This document shows positions 49,001-62,924 of a stretch of DNA of 64,000 bases, in pieces. The first letter of the stretch is position 1; each line of letters opens with the position of its first letter. Under the pieces are notes generated by a model. That model did not search any database, was not told where the DNA came from, and saw only the letters and a list, made by a program, of their open reading frames with translations. The DNA lies in assembly GCA_051362555.1 (NCBI GenBank), contig CM120640.1, positions 17,856,001-17,920,000 of the forward strand. The letters run 5' to 3'. The position numbers were made by a program, and so were the translations under genes. Source of the DNA: Lingula anatina (Eukaryota; Animalia; Brachiopoda).

Positions 49001-52000
49001 GAATATGCAGTTGTGCTTCAGAGATTACAGATTAAAACTGTTCCCCTCTATACAGCATGTATGTACTGACATAACATATCAGATACTAACAGCTACCATA
49101 TAGTTCATGCATTCTGCAGATCTGTGATCTCTCTAAGCACTATGGGTATTAAATCTGCTTGGTGTCTGTTTAATTTTGATCAAATTCTTCTAAAGCATAA
49201 GCAAAATTTATATTTGATGAACAACGAGGAAGATTCTGAGGCCCTTAATTTGTAACTAGCCCTTCAAACACATCAAAATCAGGATCTGATAACAACCCCA
49301 GACTACAATTTTCAAGTCAGAATCAAATGCTATGATGTGTATCTTCACCTCTCTGTGGACCTAGATGGAATGTAGAAATTGTTAAATGTCAGGCGCACTT
49401 TTTCAAGATCTTTGTCATCCTCAAGGCCATCAATGTAGAAGTAGCAGGTGACATTGATGGGGTAAGACTTGGGGAAGTATGGAGATGTCACAGTGCCATT
49501 GCTTTGTCCCGAGCTCCTGATGACCTGGTCACATTCTGGAAGCATATAACACCAAAAGTCATTCCACAAAGCAACCCATATTTAATGAACATCCAATAAA
49601 AATAAGTTTGAATAAAGGTACAAATTTTATTTAAAATCAAAAACTTCAAAAAATATTATTAATATATTTTCAATCATCTTTACATTTTCATATAACTAAA
49701 ATTCATTTCAGTTGTCAGAGCCAGATAAAGTGTCACAGTGTGTTTGAAAGTTTTTTCTTTTCTTATACATATCAACATTTACCTGTGCCTGGGTAGTGCA
49801 TTGCAGGAGGTTTAATGAAATCTGAAAGAAAAAATGGCAAAGCTTTAACTTTGATGTAACTAGAAAGAATCCATCAGTGATATCAGAGCAAGTTACATGA
49901 ACCACCACAGTAAACACCATTGCCCTGCCAGGAATGTTAATTACTACAGCTTATACTTCACATTCCATGCAGCTAAAACACCTTCCTTAGATATAGTTTT
50001 TTTTTCTTATTTTACCTAACAATAAATGATTTTACTACACCCTATTTTGCTTTCGAAAATGGAAAGGTCATATGGAGAAAAAAATTCTGGATATAATTTC
50101 ATGGCATTCAAAAAAATATGACAAGCACTGGATTTTTTTCTTTTATCATTTTTCCTTCAGTTAAAATGTTTTTAGTCTCCACCAGACACTGAGGCAACAA
50201 AAATCAATAGCTGACATGTCACAGTTCAGGACGGCAATTGATTTCAAGTCTTTTTCTACAAAGCCAACTAACGCTATCAGCAAACTATTCAGGCGCCATC
50301 ATTAAGAACATCATTTAGCAACAAACCAGCCATTACCTAGATTAACAAATTTATCGCTGAACTCATATTCAGCCTTGAAGCCTTTCTGTTGAAACCGGGA
50401 TGACTCCTCCAGTTCCCAGTATGGCAGGTAGGAGGAGTCGGTGGGAGGGACACGCCCACTTCTGGTGACAAACTCGATGTGTAGTGCCGGTCCTGTGGAG
50501 TAGAGGACCCGGTCTTTCATGACACTGCCACAAAAAGTACCAATCAAAAGGTCCTGGTTCGTGTAACCATCATAGACCTTCACATGGTCTATGGGACAGC
50601 TGGGGATGAAATAGATGCAAAGCCTTTGGTGAACTCTTAAGCAGGTTAACATTCCTTTCTGATTACATTCAAGTAGGAGAAGTCTTTTTTTTTTCAATAA
50701 AAAATTTAAAGTGGAAAATTTGCTTTTGTTACAGCTTCCTTATATATTATTCCTGTAAATACCAACAATATTTGATGACAACACTATTTGTTACACCAAA
50801 CTCTCAGCCACATTCCTCTGAACAATATAAATGATTCCATTTGCGCACACTTATATATACTCACTGAAGTCCACCCTCATATACATCAAAGTCTAAGAAG
50901 TGCAGGCGAATCCTCTGTCCCTGAACTCCCTGGAGTTTGTAAAAGCAGAAGAGGTGATCAGGGTAGATACCTGGGTATGTGGGGGCAGCTATAATACCCT
51001 TAGGTCTGTTCAACCCATCTATATTATAGCCACACACTGGTTGTGGAGCTGGAGTCCCCATGTCATAAAGAGCTGAAATGTGAACCATGATTCTGAAATG
51101 TGAAATATGTGACTACAAAAGATATATACCTTCATTGAAAAATGGTAAACTGTATATTTATAGAGGAGTTGTAGATTCTTAGATCCTTTTCACCTATTTT
51201 TAGTTAAAATAGAATGGTTACCGAGTCATTAAATCAAAGCAGCAATTTTTTTCATTAAAACGAGACAAATAAAATGGTTTTACAATTCTAAAATTCTAAA
51301 AATCATTTAAGTATCAATTAATAAAATGCAACCAAATAAACTGAAATAAAGTAAGGCTATCTTATGATTATCCTTTAAAAATATTATCTTTCTTCAAAAA
51401 TTACATATACATTCACTATAGAGTGAAATACATTGAAATACATACATGAATTAAGAAAATGATATGTTCCAAGGAACCCCTTGCCTGCCTTGGCTGCATC
51501 TGTATTGAGCATGAGGATGAAGATCTGTCCCATGGATACCAGGTTGCCAGGCAACACCTGGGCAGAAGACCCACAGTAGCGTCCCAGGAATGGTGTGTCT
51601 AGCAGATTAACATCTGGATGCTCTGCTCTGATAAACAGATCTACATAGTCATGTTGACATCTGTGGAAAGATGCAAATATATACATACATAAATATATCA
51701 TCGTAATGCAAGGATTTCAGTTTATAATCAAAAGATGCTTTTGGAGTCATTTCTTTCTCTTTTCTATACATCGATCCTCTTTATATAATTAACAATATAT
51801 GTAATATACAGAATATATTCTTTATTGTTGATCCTCTTTACATAGATAACAATACATGTAATAAACAGAATTATTCTTTATCATTGACAAAATTAATTTT
51901 AGAAATTGAGAACACTTCTTTTTTATAGTAAACAATATATTTTTGCCATTATTTGGATATAAAAGAATTGGGCCAAATCTGTATTGTTTCATTTCATTTT

Positions 52001-55000
52001 TAATCATCTTCCATTTCCCCTTCTAATTATCTGCCGAGTTTGCAGGATTTGTAAAAAGAGGGCAGAGCTGCTCTGTATTTAGTGCTTCATTTATCATAAT
52101 GCCAGACACATTAATACAAGAGGGAAAAGCAATTCACAAATGACTGTTTTTATCAAAGAAATAAATTGAGTTTTATTCAGACTATTCACTATTTTCAGCA
52201 CAACAAAATCTTTCTTTTTTTTAATGGCTATATTGTGAAAAAATCTAAATTCAATATCAAACCAATTCAGAAACTAATTTATTTTTATAAATCTATAGTA
52301 AACAAAAATCTGTTAAATGATATAACTGGTACTTTCTAACCCCATTATACAATTTAAAATTATGAAGAAAAAAACAGAATATTACTTTCAAAACCAAAAT
52401 CAAATAATTAACATTGAAATGCAGACTGCCTAAGCACTGGTGAAATATGGTATCTGGCACTACTTCCAGCCAAATATGCTTTGGTAATTCAGTTTCAATT
52501 AACTTTTCATTTCATTATCAAATTCACCTTTAAATTTGTGAGGCAATAAAAAAATTCCATGCGCAGCACAAGTTCTCAGGTTAGGCACATACCCCCGAAA
52601 GTTTAATCTAAAGTAACCTTGCTTAAGAGAGGTCAGGAGAATCAACTCATTAGCTATTAACTGGTGTGGAAACAAAAAGCGAATAGTGCGTGCAGACTTA
52701 TATGATACCACAGACAGGTGCCTTGTCATAATGCACTGGATAAAGCCATTAAACACACTGCAGCTAAGTGCTGAAAAATGCTCTTCATCATCTTCCCTTC
52801 AACTGCAGATAGACGCTAAATATCAGACAAGAAACCTATGCGTGCCTAAGATAACACAAATGCTGCAATGTTCACCAGAGTCCCTAAGTCAGTTGCTGCA
52901 CTGTACTGAAAATGACTAGTACTTATTAAGCTTAGCATGGAGGAAAATGACGGAAATCAATGTTTTTACAGAAATTCTATTTTCTGAGAGTCTTACTTTG
53001 GTGGGATGCCCTGGATATCAAATTGATCAAATGTCAGCTGGACTCGTTCCTGTCCAATGCCGATAAACTTATAGATGCAGCACAAGTTGTTTTGGTAGCT
53101 TTCTGGCCAGTTGGGAGAGGTGAAGGTGCCATTTTTGGGCCCATCTGCTGTACTCTGGAAGACCCTGTTACAATCTGAAAAAAATGTATGGAACATAGAA
53201 AAATAATGTTATCTATATATAGAAAATGTTGGGGAAATGACTGATAATAATAAATGGGGAAGCTATCAATTTTATGAGCCTAAAGTCACATTTTTCAAGC
53301 CATTCAATTCTTCCTCTTCTGGGTTAAGTGAAAAAAATTATATAATTGAATATCAACAGATAACTAGACAAACAAGCAAACATAACAATATCAGGGGCGG
53401 ATTTAGGCCGTCTTCTGGGTCTTCCGGAAGACGGTCAGATTTTCAAGTTTACATTGACGGGTATCTATTTTTTCTGTCGGGAGACGGTCAAAAATGCAGG
53501 AAAGATCAACAAAGATAATTTAGAAGACTGTCAGAAATTATCTTTGGATCCGACCCTGAATATTAATTAACAGAAATACAAAAGAAAATGGATGAATGGA
53601 GTGACAAGTGAAATCTTAAATGTGTAAATTATCAGACCTTCAGCTGCAGAAACCTATGCCCAAAGCCTTGAAATTATTCCTAGGGGAAGGGTCCTTCAAA
53701 GTCTTATAAGCTCTCATTTCCTTTGTGAATCAAAAACACACGAAAACAAATCTAAACAATTGTAACACTGGGCTAGCTGTATCAAAGTTTTCAATTAAAA
53801 TAAGAGCTGGGTAAGGTGTCTGATGCCCCTAAATATGGCAGGTGGGCATAAATTGTGGTAACTGTGAAGAATGTTCCCTATCAACAGTAACATCCAAGCT
53901 ATCTCAGGTGAGATGCCAGTGCTCCTTTACCTGACCCTCACCTCAACATCAAAATATCACAGCCTCAATATAGCATAGGGTCAACATAAAAAACATTGTT
54001 CTTTTTGGATCACTCTAAATAGGTACATTGAAATCAGCCATGGACATAATTGTTTATTCGATTTTGATATTTACTGATATAGAATTAAAGTTTAAGTTTA
54101 CTCTTACTCCTAAAAAATTTTGTGTGTCAATTTCATGAACTTAGTGCTTTTAAGTATAGGCTATACTAACTTAATTTAAAATCCATTTGGTTTTTGCAAC
54201 TCATGTAAAACATTAATTTACACCTGCATCTATGTCATAACTGTACATCAATTTGCAATTTAAACTTTACTTGCTCATTTTTACAAATTTCTTTTATCAA
54301 ATATGAGTTTAACAAGCAGAAGTACATCAGTGAGTTCACACTTGTCCATTAGCAAAAGCCCTTCATGTGCCAGTTATAGTTATACCTTCCTTTCTCTTTA
54401 CTTTACAAATTACTACCTAACATGCAGAATTCTTCCCTAGGGACAAGCTGACAGGCCGGATTAGGACTCGTCCTGTGATCAATTCAATCAGTGAGAGAAG
54501 CTGATTGGATAATTTGATCAAGATTTCATAGCCTCATGAAAGCACAAATCTTGTTAGCAATAATGATCCATGCCAATACACAATTTTATACACCAGCTGC
54601 TGTAACAAAGTGCAATGAATTCATAGTCATGCACAAAGATGCTTGAGAGAGAGAGAGTTTTTACTAATCTTCCACTAATACCTAGCTAGTAATTATGATC
54701 TTTACTGGAAAAGATTATATCTCCTACTCAACCAACAAGCAGATATTCATTTCAATTTGATTCATTTATTTTTTCTCATCCATATTCCTGGTACATAGAA
54801 TAGTATAAAAATATATATAAGCATTGCTAATTAATTTTGCTAGTTATTACTCTACAGTTTCAGTAAATATAACTCTTAGTAGTCTACAAAAGTTCTTCAT
54901 TTTTTCCACATCTGCGATACTTATTGCTGCCTTAAATTTCAGGATATTATGTTTGCTATAAATTTTACCCAAACTGACATAGCATTCTTCAGTAAGATTT

Positions 55001-58000
55001 GGACACTGTAATGAGTAGTTAAAGCAATAATAACTCTTTGTTTCGGCCAAAAAATTAATTTTCCTGGAGTAAACAACAATTTTCCCATACTTACCAATGG
55101 TTAATGAATCCATTTTTACATTCAAAGTTAGTCCCTGGTTTTTTTCTAAAAAGTTTGGTTATTTGTTAAAATCTCTTAAGAGATTTTAACAGAGTATAGA
55201 CATCAATGGAGGTCACGTGGTCTAAAGACAAGTTCAGATATCAGAATAAAAGCTATAACTGCTGTTTTTGTGGTAAAACAGAATATATTATATTTCTATG
55301 AGTTATTCACAAGGATTTTATTGTGAAATATAGATCTCATACGAAGAGTTATTATCCCTTTAAATTCATTACCCAGTTTTTCAGTAGTACATTTAAGACT
55401 ATTTCTCTGTTCAACATTTGTCCAACTACCAGTTTCAACTGGGAGTCAATATGTATATACATATCACTATTAAGAGCTCCATCAGTATTTTGTATATCAG
55501 AAATTTGAATACTGACGAAGATGAATATTAGATAATAATAATATATATATATATATTTTTTTTTTTTTTTAAGTGAAATTCAATAGATGACCTTCTGATA
55601 AATCTAACCCAGATAAATGCCATATTATTGTCCTAGCTGAAACAAGACCTACAATCCATTCCCTCTTCCAACTTCATTAAGTTTCATTAAAACAGCAACT
55701 GATAAATTTGTCTTCCCTTAAGCTAAATATAACACCCACTGACTCAGAAAGTTTTTATATGATCTGGCTCTTCATCCCGACTGGTCAACCATCTGCTTTT
55801 CATACTTCTTATTAACATGAGCACAACATCTGCATAAACATACACATAAACATACACACATGCATGCATGCATACACATGAACATACAACACCCACACAA
55901 ACACACAGACAAACAAATACTATGACCACCACCACCCCTCAATACAAATGAAGACAACAAAATTCAGTTCAATGGCCAGAAAAAATTGAGGCAGTCGATA
56001 AGATCCAAGTGGTCTCCAGATAAATCAACTTGTTTTCAATCTGGAGAAATCTTTTTGTAATTGGATTCCACAGAATCTTTCTTTGAAGATCAAATGATGA
56101 AGTGATACATGCTATACCAATAGCTTCGAATTCTCTCAGCAGCATACACATTTTTATCAAATACTAGAAATAATTTAATGTGGCTTTCAAGAGAAAATGT
56201 AAAATCTGTAAGATGTTTTTGGCAATTCGTCATTGTTTTGACACTAAAAAAAATTAAATTTGGCTTAATCTTACAGCTGTTTTTGTATTAATAAGGATGC
56301 ATGGTTGGGTCAGTGCCAACCAGCTATTGTCCCCTCACAAAAACTTTCCACTGGTCACATTTTTGAGCCATTCTGTCCACTTAAACCATGGACCCACAGA
56401 GGTCTGTCAGATCATAGTTGTATCAAGTCTTAGGTCTGCCGTGTCCTTGAGGTCCATATGCTGCTGCCATCGGTAATGATTTTTTCATTTGCTGGCTACT
56501 TAGAATGTGACCCATGAAGAGGGTAAGCTTTCTCTCTGGGCATAATATATGATCAAAAATAATGTAAAATAAATAAAGAAACCATTTGCCAATTAGCTTT
56601 TCTGCAAACTTGACTGATATTATTTCAAGAAGTGTTTTAAAAGTCCATTTGTCAAAAGTCTAAGTGCATCACTTTCACATCAAAACATAGCCATTTATCA
56701 GATACTACTGTTTCCTTTTCACTGATACCGAATACACTGAAGTATATTATTTTCCAGTCTCAATAATTCAAAGTCTTTTTACCTAATAACAATATTTCAA
56801 CTGCTCTAAATTACCGATCTATGAATCATAATGAAAGAAACTGAGAACCAAACACCTGATCACATAAGTCTCTCAAAGAGAAGGTAACTGCCAATATTTT
56901 GTTAGTCTTCAGCAGAAAGCTTAGCTTGAACCCAAGACGATTTTTTTACATAACCCACAAAGCCTAATACACCAGGGTGGAGTCTGAATACGTCTGTGAG
57001 CTTAATTACAGCCAGTAAATACGTGCTAAAACTTCCTGAAGATGCATAATGCTGAGAACTGAACACATGAGTAGGAATCCCAGTCAGGATATACGAGACA
57101 CTAAATCAAACCAATGGTCATAGCTCTAGTGCTGATAAGTAGAAATATTACTATCCATGTGTGAATAGATCACCTGCTTTTATATTGCTGTGTTTAGGTG
57201 TAACACTGGTGCTCCTTGCTAGGTCATCATAAATAAATACATGCAAAGAAGTAAATATTGAACAATATTTGTATGAAACTTTTCAGATATGAAACAATAA
57301 ATTTATTGTTTTCTTTTAATCAAAAATTACCAACAAGTGACATTCTTTTAAAACATTTATATGACATTTCATAGAATTGAATCTGAGATTACTTTCCCTT
57401 GATTTCTCTCCTGGGTATGTGTTATTGGAGAAGTCATTAACCATTTAGTGTTAATGGACTGTTTTCTCATTAAGACTAAACCTAACCAGTGTTCCCAATA
57501 GGGAGCAAAGAGGAAAAAGTTGATGACTAAAATGCCTTAGAAAAATCACTAAGAGAGAAAAATAGACAGGGTGTAATGGGGTGTCATATGAGTAAAAGTT
57601 ATGCACAAAAGCTTTTTCTGAGAGTACATCACTGTTCTTAAAGGGATAATAACTCTTCATATGAGATCTATATTTCACAATAAAAACATTGTGAATAACT
57701 CATAGAAATAAAATATATTCTGTTTTACCACAAAAAATGGTAGTTATAGCTATTATTCTGATACCTGAGCTTGTCTTTAGATCACGTGACCTCCATTGAT
57801 GGCTATACTCTGTTAAAATCTCTTAAGAGATTTTAACAAAAAACCAGGGACTAACTTTGAATGTGAAAATGGCTTCATTAACCATTGGTAAGTATGGGGA
57901 AATTTTTATTTACTCCAGGAAAATTCATTTTTTGGCCGAAACGAAGAGTTATTATCCCTTTAATCATTCTGTTACTGTTTTGCACATGTCCATAAGTTGC

Positions 58001-58968
58001 CTTTTGTTTTCATGTTCACTTTTGAGAAAAATGTCAAGTTACATCTATTTTTCCATCTAACTTCATAAGTCGATAAAAAATTAAAATATCTGTTTTTTTT
58101 TTCTTTTGAAAATCTATCTATAACCTAGATATATTGTACTTTAATTTACAGTCAAACTTGGTACATCGATTAAAAAAACGTACCAACGTCAATCTACCAT
58201 TGGCCACAAAAATGCTCTCTACTCAAGATTCAGAACATCTTATGGCACTTAATTTTCTCTTTATTCAATCTAATATATGTCACCTGCTACATAAGCTACA
58301 AGCATGTGAATCCTCTTATGCATTTAAAGGATTCCACTGTTACTATAAGTATCAAACTGATGGTGCCAGCCAGCTTATCAAGGCAATTTTGCTTTTAGTG
58401 CCAAATTAAGTCAAAACCACCTAAAGCAAAAATGAATCCTTGTGAATTGATTGTGCAGTTTGCACCAAACTACCAAACTAAGAAAGGACTTCATGTATTA
58501 CACATATAAATACTTATTTATAAATAACTACTCCATTCAAATTCTTGAATTTTATGAGTTACACAAAAAAGTATGTGACAATTAGGAAAACACCAGTCAC
58601 CAGCAAAGTTCTCCTCAACCATTATCATAGCACAACCTACATCTATAGATACATGTATTTGCTTGCCTGACTTGCTTAGATCTCAAGTACATATATTTGT
58701 GAGAATGCTTTCAATTCCACACAATTGTCTTCCTAAAAAGTTATACACAGAAACTGGTGATAGTATATAGTGAAAACCATTTTATTATCAAAAAAAAAAA
58801 AAAAAAACATTTATAAGTTAAACCTTTAAAACAAAATATCAGAACCTAGCCACTCTTTAACGTCTTATCAATTCTATCATTACCTGCTGACTCTGTGTCG
58901 TCTGCTGAAAGTAAAGTCAGGACAAGGAATACGAGCCCACAGCCTGGTTGACATTGCCTCCACCACAT
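43044..58968 (-). CDS. Type I membrane protein: signal peptide, 5 CUB, LDLa, TM, short tail ending KVSTV (LEV-10-like architecture, SOL-1/Neto-related), 850 aa. Exons 58968-58884, 53174-52997, 51660-51446, 51072-50865, 50599-50337, 49821-49783, 49535-49349, 48983-48781, 47721-47502, 47245-47025, 46811-46637, 46390-46265, 46089-46010, 45739-45626, 43282-43044
   Basis: Signal MWWRQCQPGCGLVFLVLTLLSA. Five CUB starts: NGTFTSPNWP, GIIAAPTYPG, NGTVTSPYFP, SGTFTSPRYP, GVITSPNYP. LDLa CSGFKCHANQYCIPRNLVCDKVTHCGEGDTSDEGISC. TM VVHVILGLILTAVLLLLIGVCVF followed by RRRRKK. Phases consistent, 2553 nt. Confidence 0.9.
47790..48355. repeat. 42-bp minisatellite, roughly 12 copies, decaying at both edges
   Basis: Unit ACAGGGCAGTGTGTTAGGTGTGCTAGGAAGACAATGTGTTAC. 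Overlapping ORFs show 14-aa periodicity. Confidence 0.9.
53392..53558. mobile_element. Short MITE with CAGGGGCGGAT / GATCCGACCCTG termini
   Basis: Imperfect TIRs, AATAT directly flanking both ends, and an internal repeated GAAGACGGTCAGA-like motif. Confidence 0.65.
55023..55359 (-). mobile_element. TTAA-flanked MITE copy, inverted relative to 57642-57959
   Basis: TTAA|AGCAATAATAACTCTTTG ... GAAGAGTTATTATCCCT|TTAA. ORF pairs 54847-55125/57857-58060 and 55323-55508/57451-57678 begin with near-identical peptides on opposite strands. Confidence 0.88.
57642..57959 (+). mobile_element. 318-bp MITE with TTAA target duplication and AG...CT termini (Kolobok-like by termini)
   Basis: TTAA|AGGGATAATAACTCTTC ... 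GAAGAGTTATTATCCCT|TTAA (17-bp perfect TIR). Internal 28-bp palindrome TGTTAAAATCTCTTAAGAGATTTTAACA. Confidence 0.9.
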
Positions 58969-61437
58969 TGCGGGCTGAAACAGAAAAGCATGTCATTCAA
59001 ACTGGCATCCACTTGGGCATTGATCGCTCCTGATAAAATTATCCTTTAAAATGTACACTAGTTTCTATGGTGACAATCTCCTTTTGGTAGTCATTGATTT
59101 TAATGTAGCATCCCAGTGGCAGTTTAAGCTTTCCAGGAGTGCAAATCTTCTGGCGGGTTAGTTGAAGATCGTTACAGTTACAGTTTGGTTATCTTATGTA
59201 CAGCATACATCACACTATCAATACTCGGCGGCAGCTATCAATATCTTCTATGTAGGGAAGATGTTGCAAAGCCCTTGGTCTTCAACTCAACAAAACCATA
59301 AATTGATACTAAAAATGCTTTCAGCTATTTGCCAATAGATTTCTCAGACACCCGCAAACAAACTGAGTATAGGCAAATGCGATAGCTCTGTTCTGTCAAA
59401 CTTCACAGATTAATGCCAGTAAAACAACTGTACAAAAACCCATTGAGCAGCATTACGTACATTGTATTGACCACATCACAGACAGACTTGCCCCGGTAAG
59501 AAGATCGGCATTTCTTGCCCAGCTCCAGTTTAGGATGGAAACAAACATTAAGATTCCGAAAAGTGCATCATCTATCAATTTCATGATCAATAAAGTCAAC
59601 CCAATCAAACAGTTAAGCCGGGGTACAGGTTGTAACTCTGAGTTGTCTGGCTAACACTTACCCCAACTTGTTCATTCTACCTACTCGGCACCTGAGTGGA
59701 GATCATTCATAGGTCATCTGCCATTCTCCCACTGGTGGATGATGAACCATGGCGGCCTGCCAGATACAACTATAAATCTTACAACAAATCTTGATCTCCT
59801 TGTGAAATTACCTGGAATGCTTGTTGCAAAGATATAAGTGAAATTATATTGAATACCTGGAACAATTTACTTATTTGAAGAGTACTAAAAGTAGCTTAGT
59901 TAGCGAGGTACTTACGTCTTCATATTTGAAATCAAGTAAAATTACATCAAGAAAGATTTTTTTTTTTTGGTGTAGCTATTAAAAATTAATCAGGGATGCT
60001 TGTGATAAAATACACCTGTTATTTACTTCTCAAAAAACGGTTGGGATATTTGGGATAAGGGCAAACTACATGTAAATTTACCTGTAAAACAATCTAACAT
60101 GCAGTGTCTGTGGCATGGTTCCAACAATCTGCCCAATAATTAAAAATAAAGTCCAACACTATCCCAGCAATTTCTGTGCTTTCATAAACTATAAAGAGGT
60201 GTCCAGAATAGTCTTATTTTCTAAATTACAATATTTATTTAGGAAAACATCAATATTAAATTCTTTCTAATCTTTAAAAAAATAAAAAAAGTGCTTGGAT
60301 TACTTGATATGAGTCACTGAGGTGGAGTTGACATAGAGAAAAAAACATTCTCAAAATTTGTTTCATTAACTATTTCACTGTGTAATAATTTGTCCCCCAT
60401 GCCTTTAATCATTTACTTATAGCTATTCTTAATCCATTTATACATCCATAGTATTAAGTAACCAATATTTTCTCAGTGATTTGTGCATCTGATAATTGAG
60501 ATTGATTTATAACATGCTCAAAAATATCTAGTTGCAGATTCTGTTAGACATTAGAAGCAAGAGGAATGAAGCATTGTAACTTCTGGTAATTATTTCTTTA
60601 TCAATTATCTGGAACAAGCCATGGAGTTGCCTGCAAAATCATTTAGTCAGTTCTATGTTATTCAACAGAATCTTATTTCAAGTCCCATCAAAGTTTAACC
60701 TTGGGTTTTCAGTCAATACCATTAGTTTATCAGGCAGTATAAGCACACACAAGCAGGTTGCCTCTCTCCCAGCGGGAGCTGAGCTCTGAATACTTTCTAA
60801 CAGAGAGCAATTTCACATTTGGACACAAAAGGTGGAGGATCAATAGACAAGTGTCAAAGATATTTTATTCCGGCTTAATACGCTCCTGCCAAACAATAAC
60901 AGATCTCTAAATCAGAAGAAAATAAATAGAGCTCCTGTGCCGCCACATGGAGTCATGGTGTCTAGACAATAAGATCAAGCTGCTCAATTAATGAACCAAG
61001 CAGAGTCTGTAATAAGATTATTTCATGAAATTAACACAATAAAATAGTTGATTACAATCCGACTTTATCTGCTAAAGATTTTTCTCTATCTTTTGCATGA
61101 AGAATATCATAACTGAAGATAGTAAATTATGGCCAGCTAAATAACAGCCTCACAATAAAAAGCTGCAATCCAGGGATATTTCCAACAGTTCCTGCAGGGA
61201 AAATCAACTGACCTCCCGCAGGAATCAGTCTAGGGTCATCTGTCAGATCCTGAACACTGTGGATAACAATTCTAATTAAGCAAAAAAGCCCAAGCAAGGA
61301 ATAGTCAAGTCAATTGGGGTCCATTTACCAGACAGCTAGGTAAGCAAACACATATGCTATCTTAAATCCAGAATCAATTAATGCAAAACTGTAAGATACA
61401 TAATCCACATAAACATACTCAGAAACTAATTAGGATC

Positions 61438-61601
61438 CAGGCCCCTAGCCAACAATTTTAAAGTGGTGACTCTTTACTGAAAAAGTGGACTTTCTGTCAT
61501 GAAACCATCATGAACCTAGATCAAATTTTGTTAAAACCAGACTTTTTCCCCATCAAAAGGGCGGTTTGTTGAAACCTCCACATCCCCTGGCTACAGGCAC
61601 G
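61438..61601. mobile_element. Possible degraded short MITE
   Basis: CAGGCCCCTAGCCA ... TGGCTACAGGCACG imperfect TIR. No clear TSD. Confidence 0.4.
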
Positions 61602-62758
61602 GAAACTGTTTAATTTCATATCTGGATATCATTGACAATGCTGTTAATTCAGGTTTATAACTTTGAAACCTTAAATTGTGTTCTTATTTAATTACACCAA
61701 TCAGCAGGCAGGTACTTATGTTTTATTATTATCATAACAATAGCAATAATACTTTATAATGATTCTCAAACACGAGACAGAACAGCTTGGTTTATAAAAA
61801 AACAAATACACCAGCTGTCATCTAAGTAAAAATCCATGGCTTTACATTGAATCTCATTCATATATACAAGTCAAGTGCAACTTCCATTGCATCCAACAAT
61901 ACACACTGAATAGTTTCTGTAAAGGTGAACAGAAAAAAATGTGTTAGTTGAGATACAGTTCTCAAACAACACAATGTACACTATAGCGCAAAGTGAAATA
62001 ATTCCCATTTCCTGTTGTTTAGTACCACTGTAAGTGTCAAAACAATAAAGATTTGGTATTATCCAAATCTGCTTGCTAGTGTTAACTCTTTTGCACTGAT
62101 TTGCAAGTCACATAACACACAGAGGCATTCTCTTTGTCTTTTTTGGAAGATTTAGTTCCTTTTTTACCTTCATGCTGGCCATTGATAACTTCTCCTGGGG
62201 ACATCCTTGCTTCTCCAAAGGTTAGACGCTCATGAATGGTTGCTGTTGACATATGACTTATTTAGCTTATTCCATATATTTTTATTCTAAGGATTGAAGA
62301 GGCAGTTTAAAATTATCATTTATGTCCCCAAAAGGCATTTTATCAATTAAATTTCCCTTTAAGTTATTCATATGAACTAAAAAATGAGTTAGTTTTTGTT
62401 ACTTTTGTGAAAAAAAATATAGTGGTGTAATTGCATTTTGGTCTGCGAACCTGGCAACTGAACAGATCAATGTCAAAAAAAAGTTACAGGTCTTTTCTGG
62501 GTTACTTTCAACAGTTATATCATGCTTTGTGTTATTAATGAATTCCAGAGTGCTAATGTTGCGCTTATCTGTTATAAATACAGTAGGCCCTACTGCAGCT
62601 CCAGCCGACTTTGTGGTGGATCTGTTTAAAAATTCACTCTTGCTGCCCTGAAAGATCGAAGTGCAGGTCACGTTCACGTGAGAACTCAAACATTAATATT
62701 AAGCGTAGGTCTCTTAATCATCATTTTGACGGTAATTAAGTTTCTCTTGTATGTGAAA

Positions 62759-62924
62759 GAGGGTAGGGAGTACCCCCCCCCCCCCTTTAATCACCAATAT
62801 ATAATCAGGCCAATCACCAAAAATTCCTGAATCGCGTTTCACGCAGAAAATTGGGGTCAAATAACGCATCACGCTCGAAAAATAAGGCCAATCACGCGGA
62901 ACGCAAAAGGTATTCCCTACCCTC
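62759..62924. mobile_element. Short TIR element with internal AATCAC repeats
   Basis: GAGGGTAGGGAGTACC versus GGTATTCCCTACCCTC (15/16 inverted match). Repeated GGCCAATCAC / AATCACG inside. Confidence 0.65.

Noticed and set aside
55744-55960. Hydrophobic ORFs in the CUB gene's first intron, considered as an EAT-18-like small membrane protein (eat-18 is nested in the lev-10 locus in C. elegans)
   Set aside because: They derive from a degenerate (CA)n/(CATA)n tract, and no convincing donor joining them to exon 2 was found.
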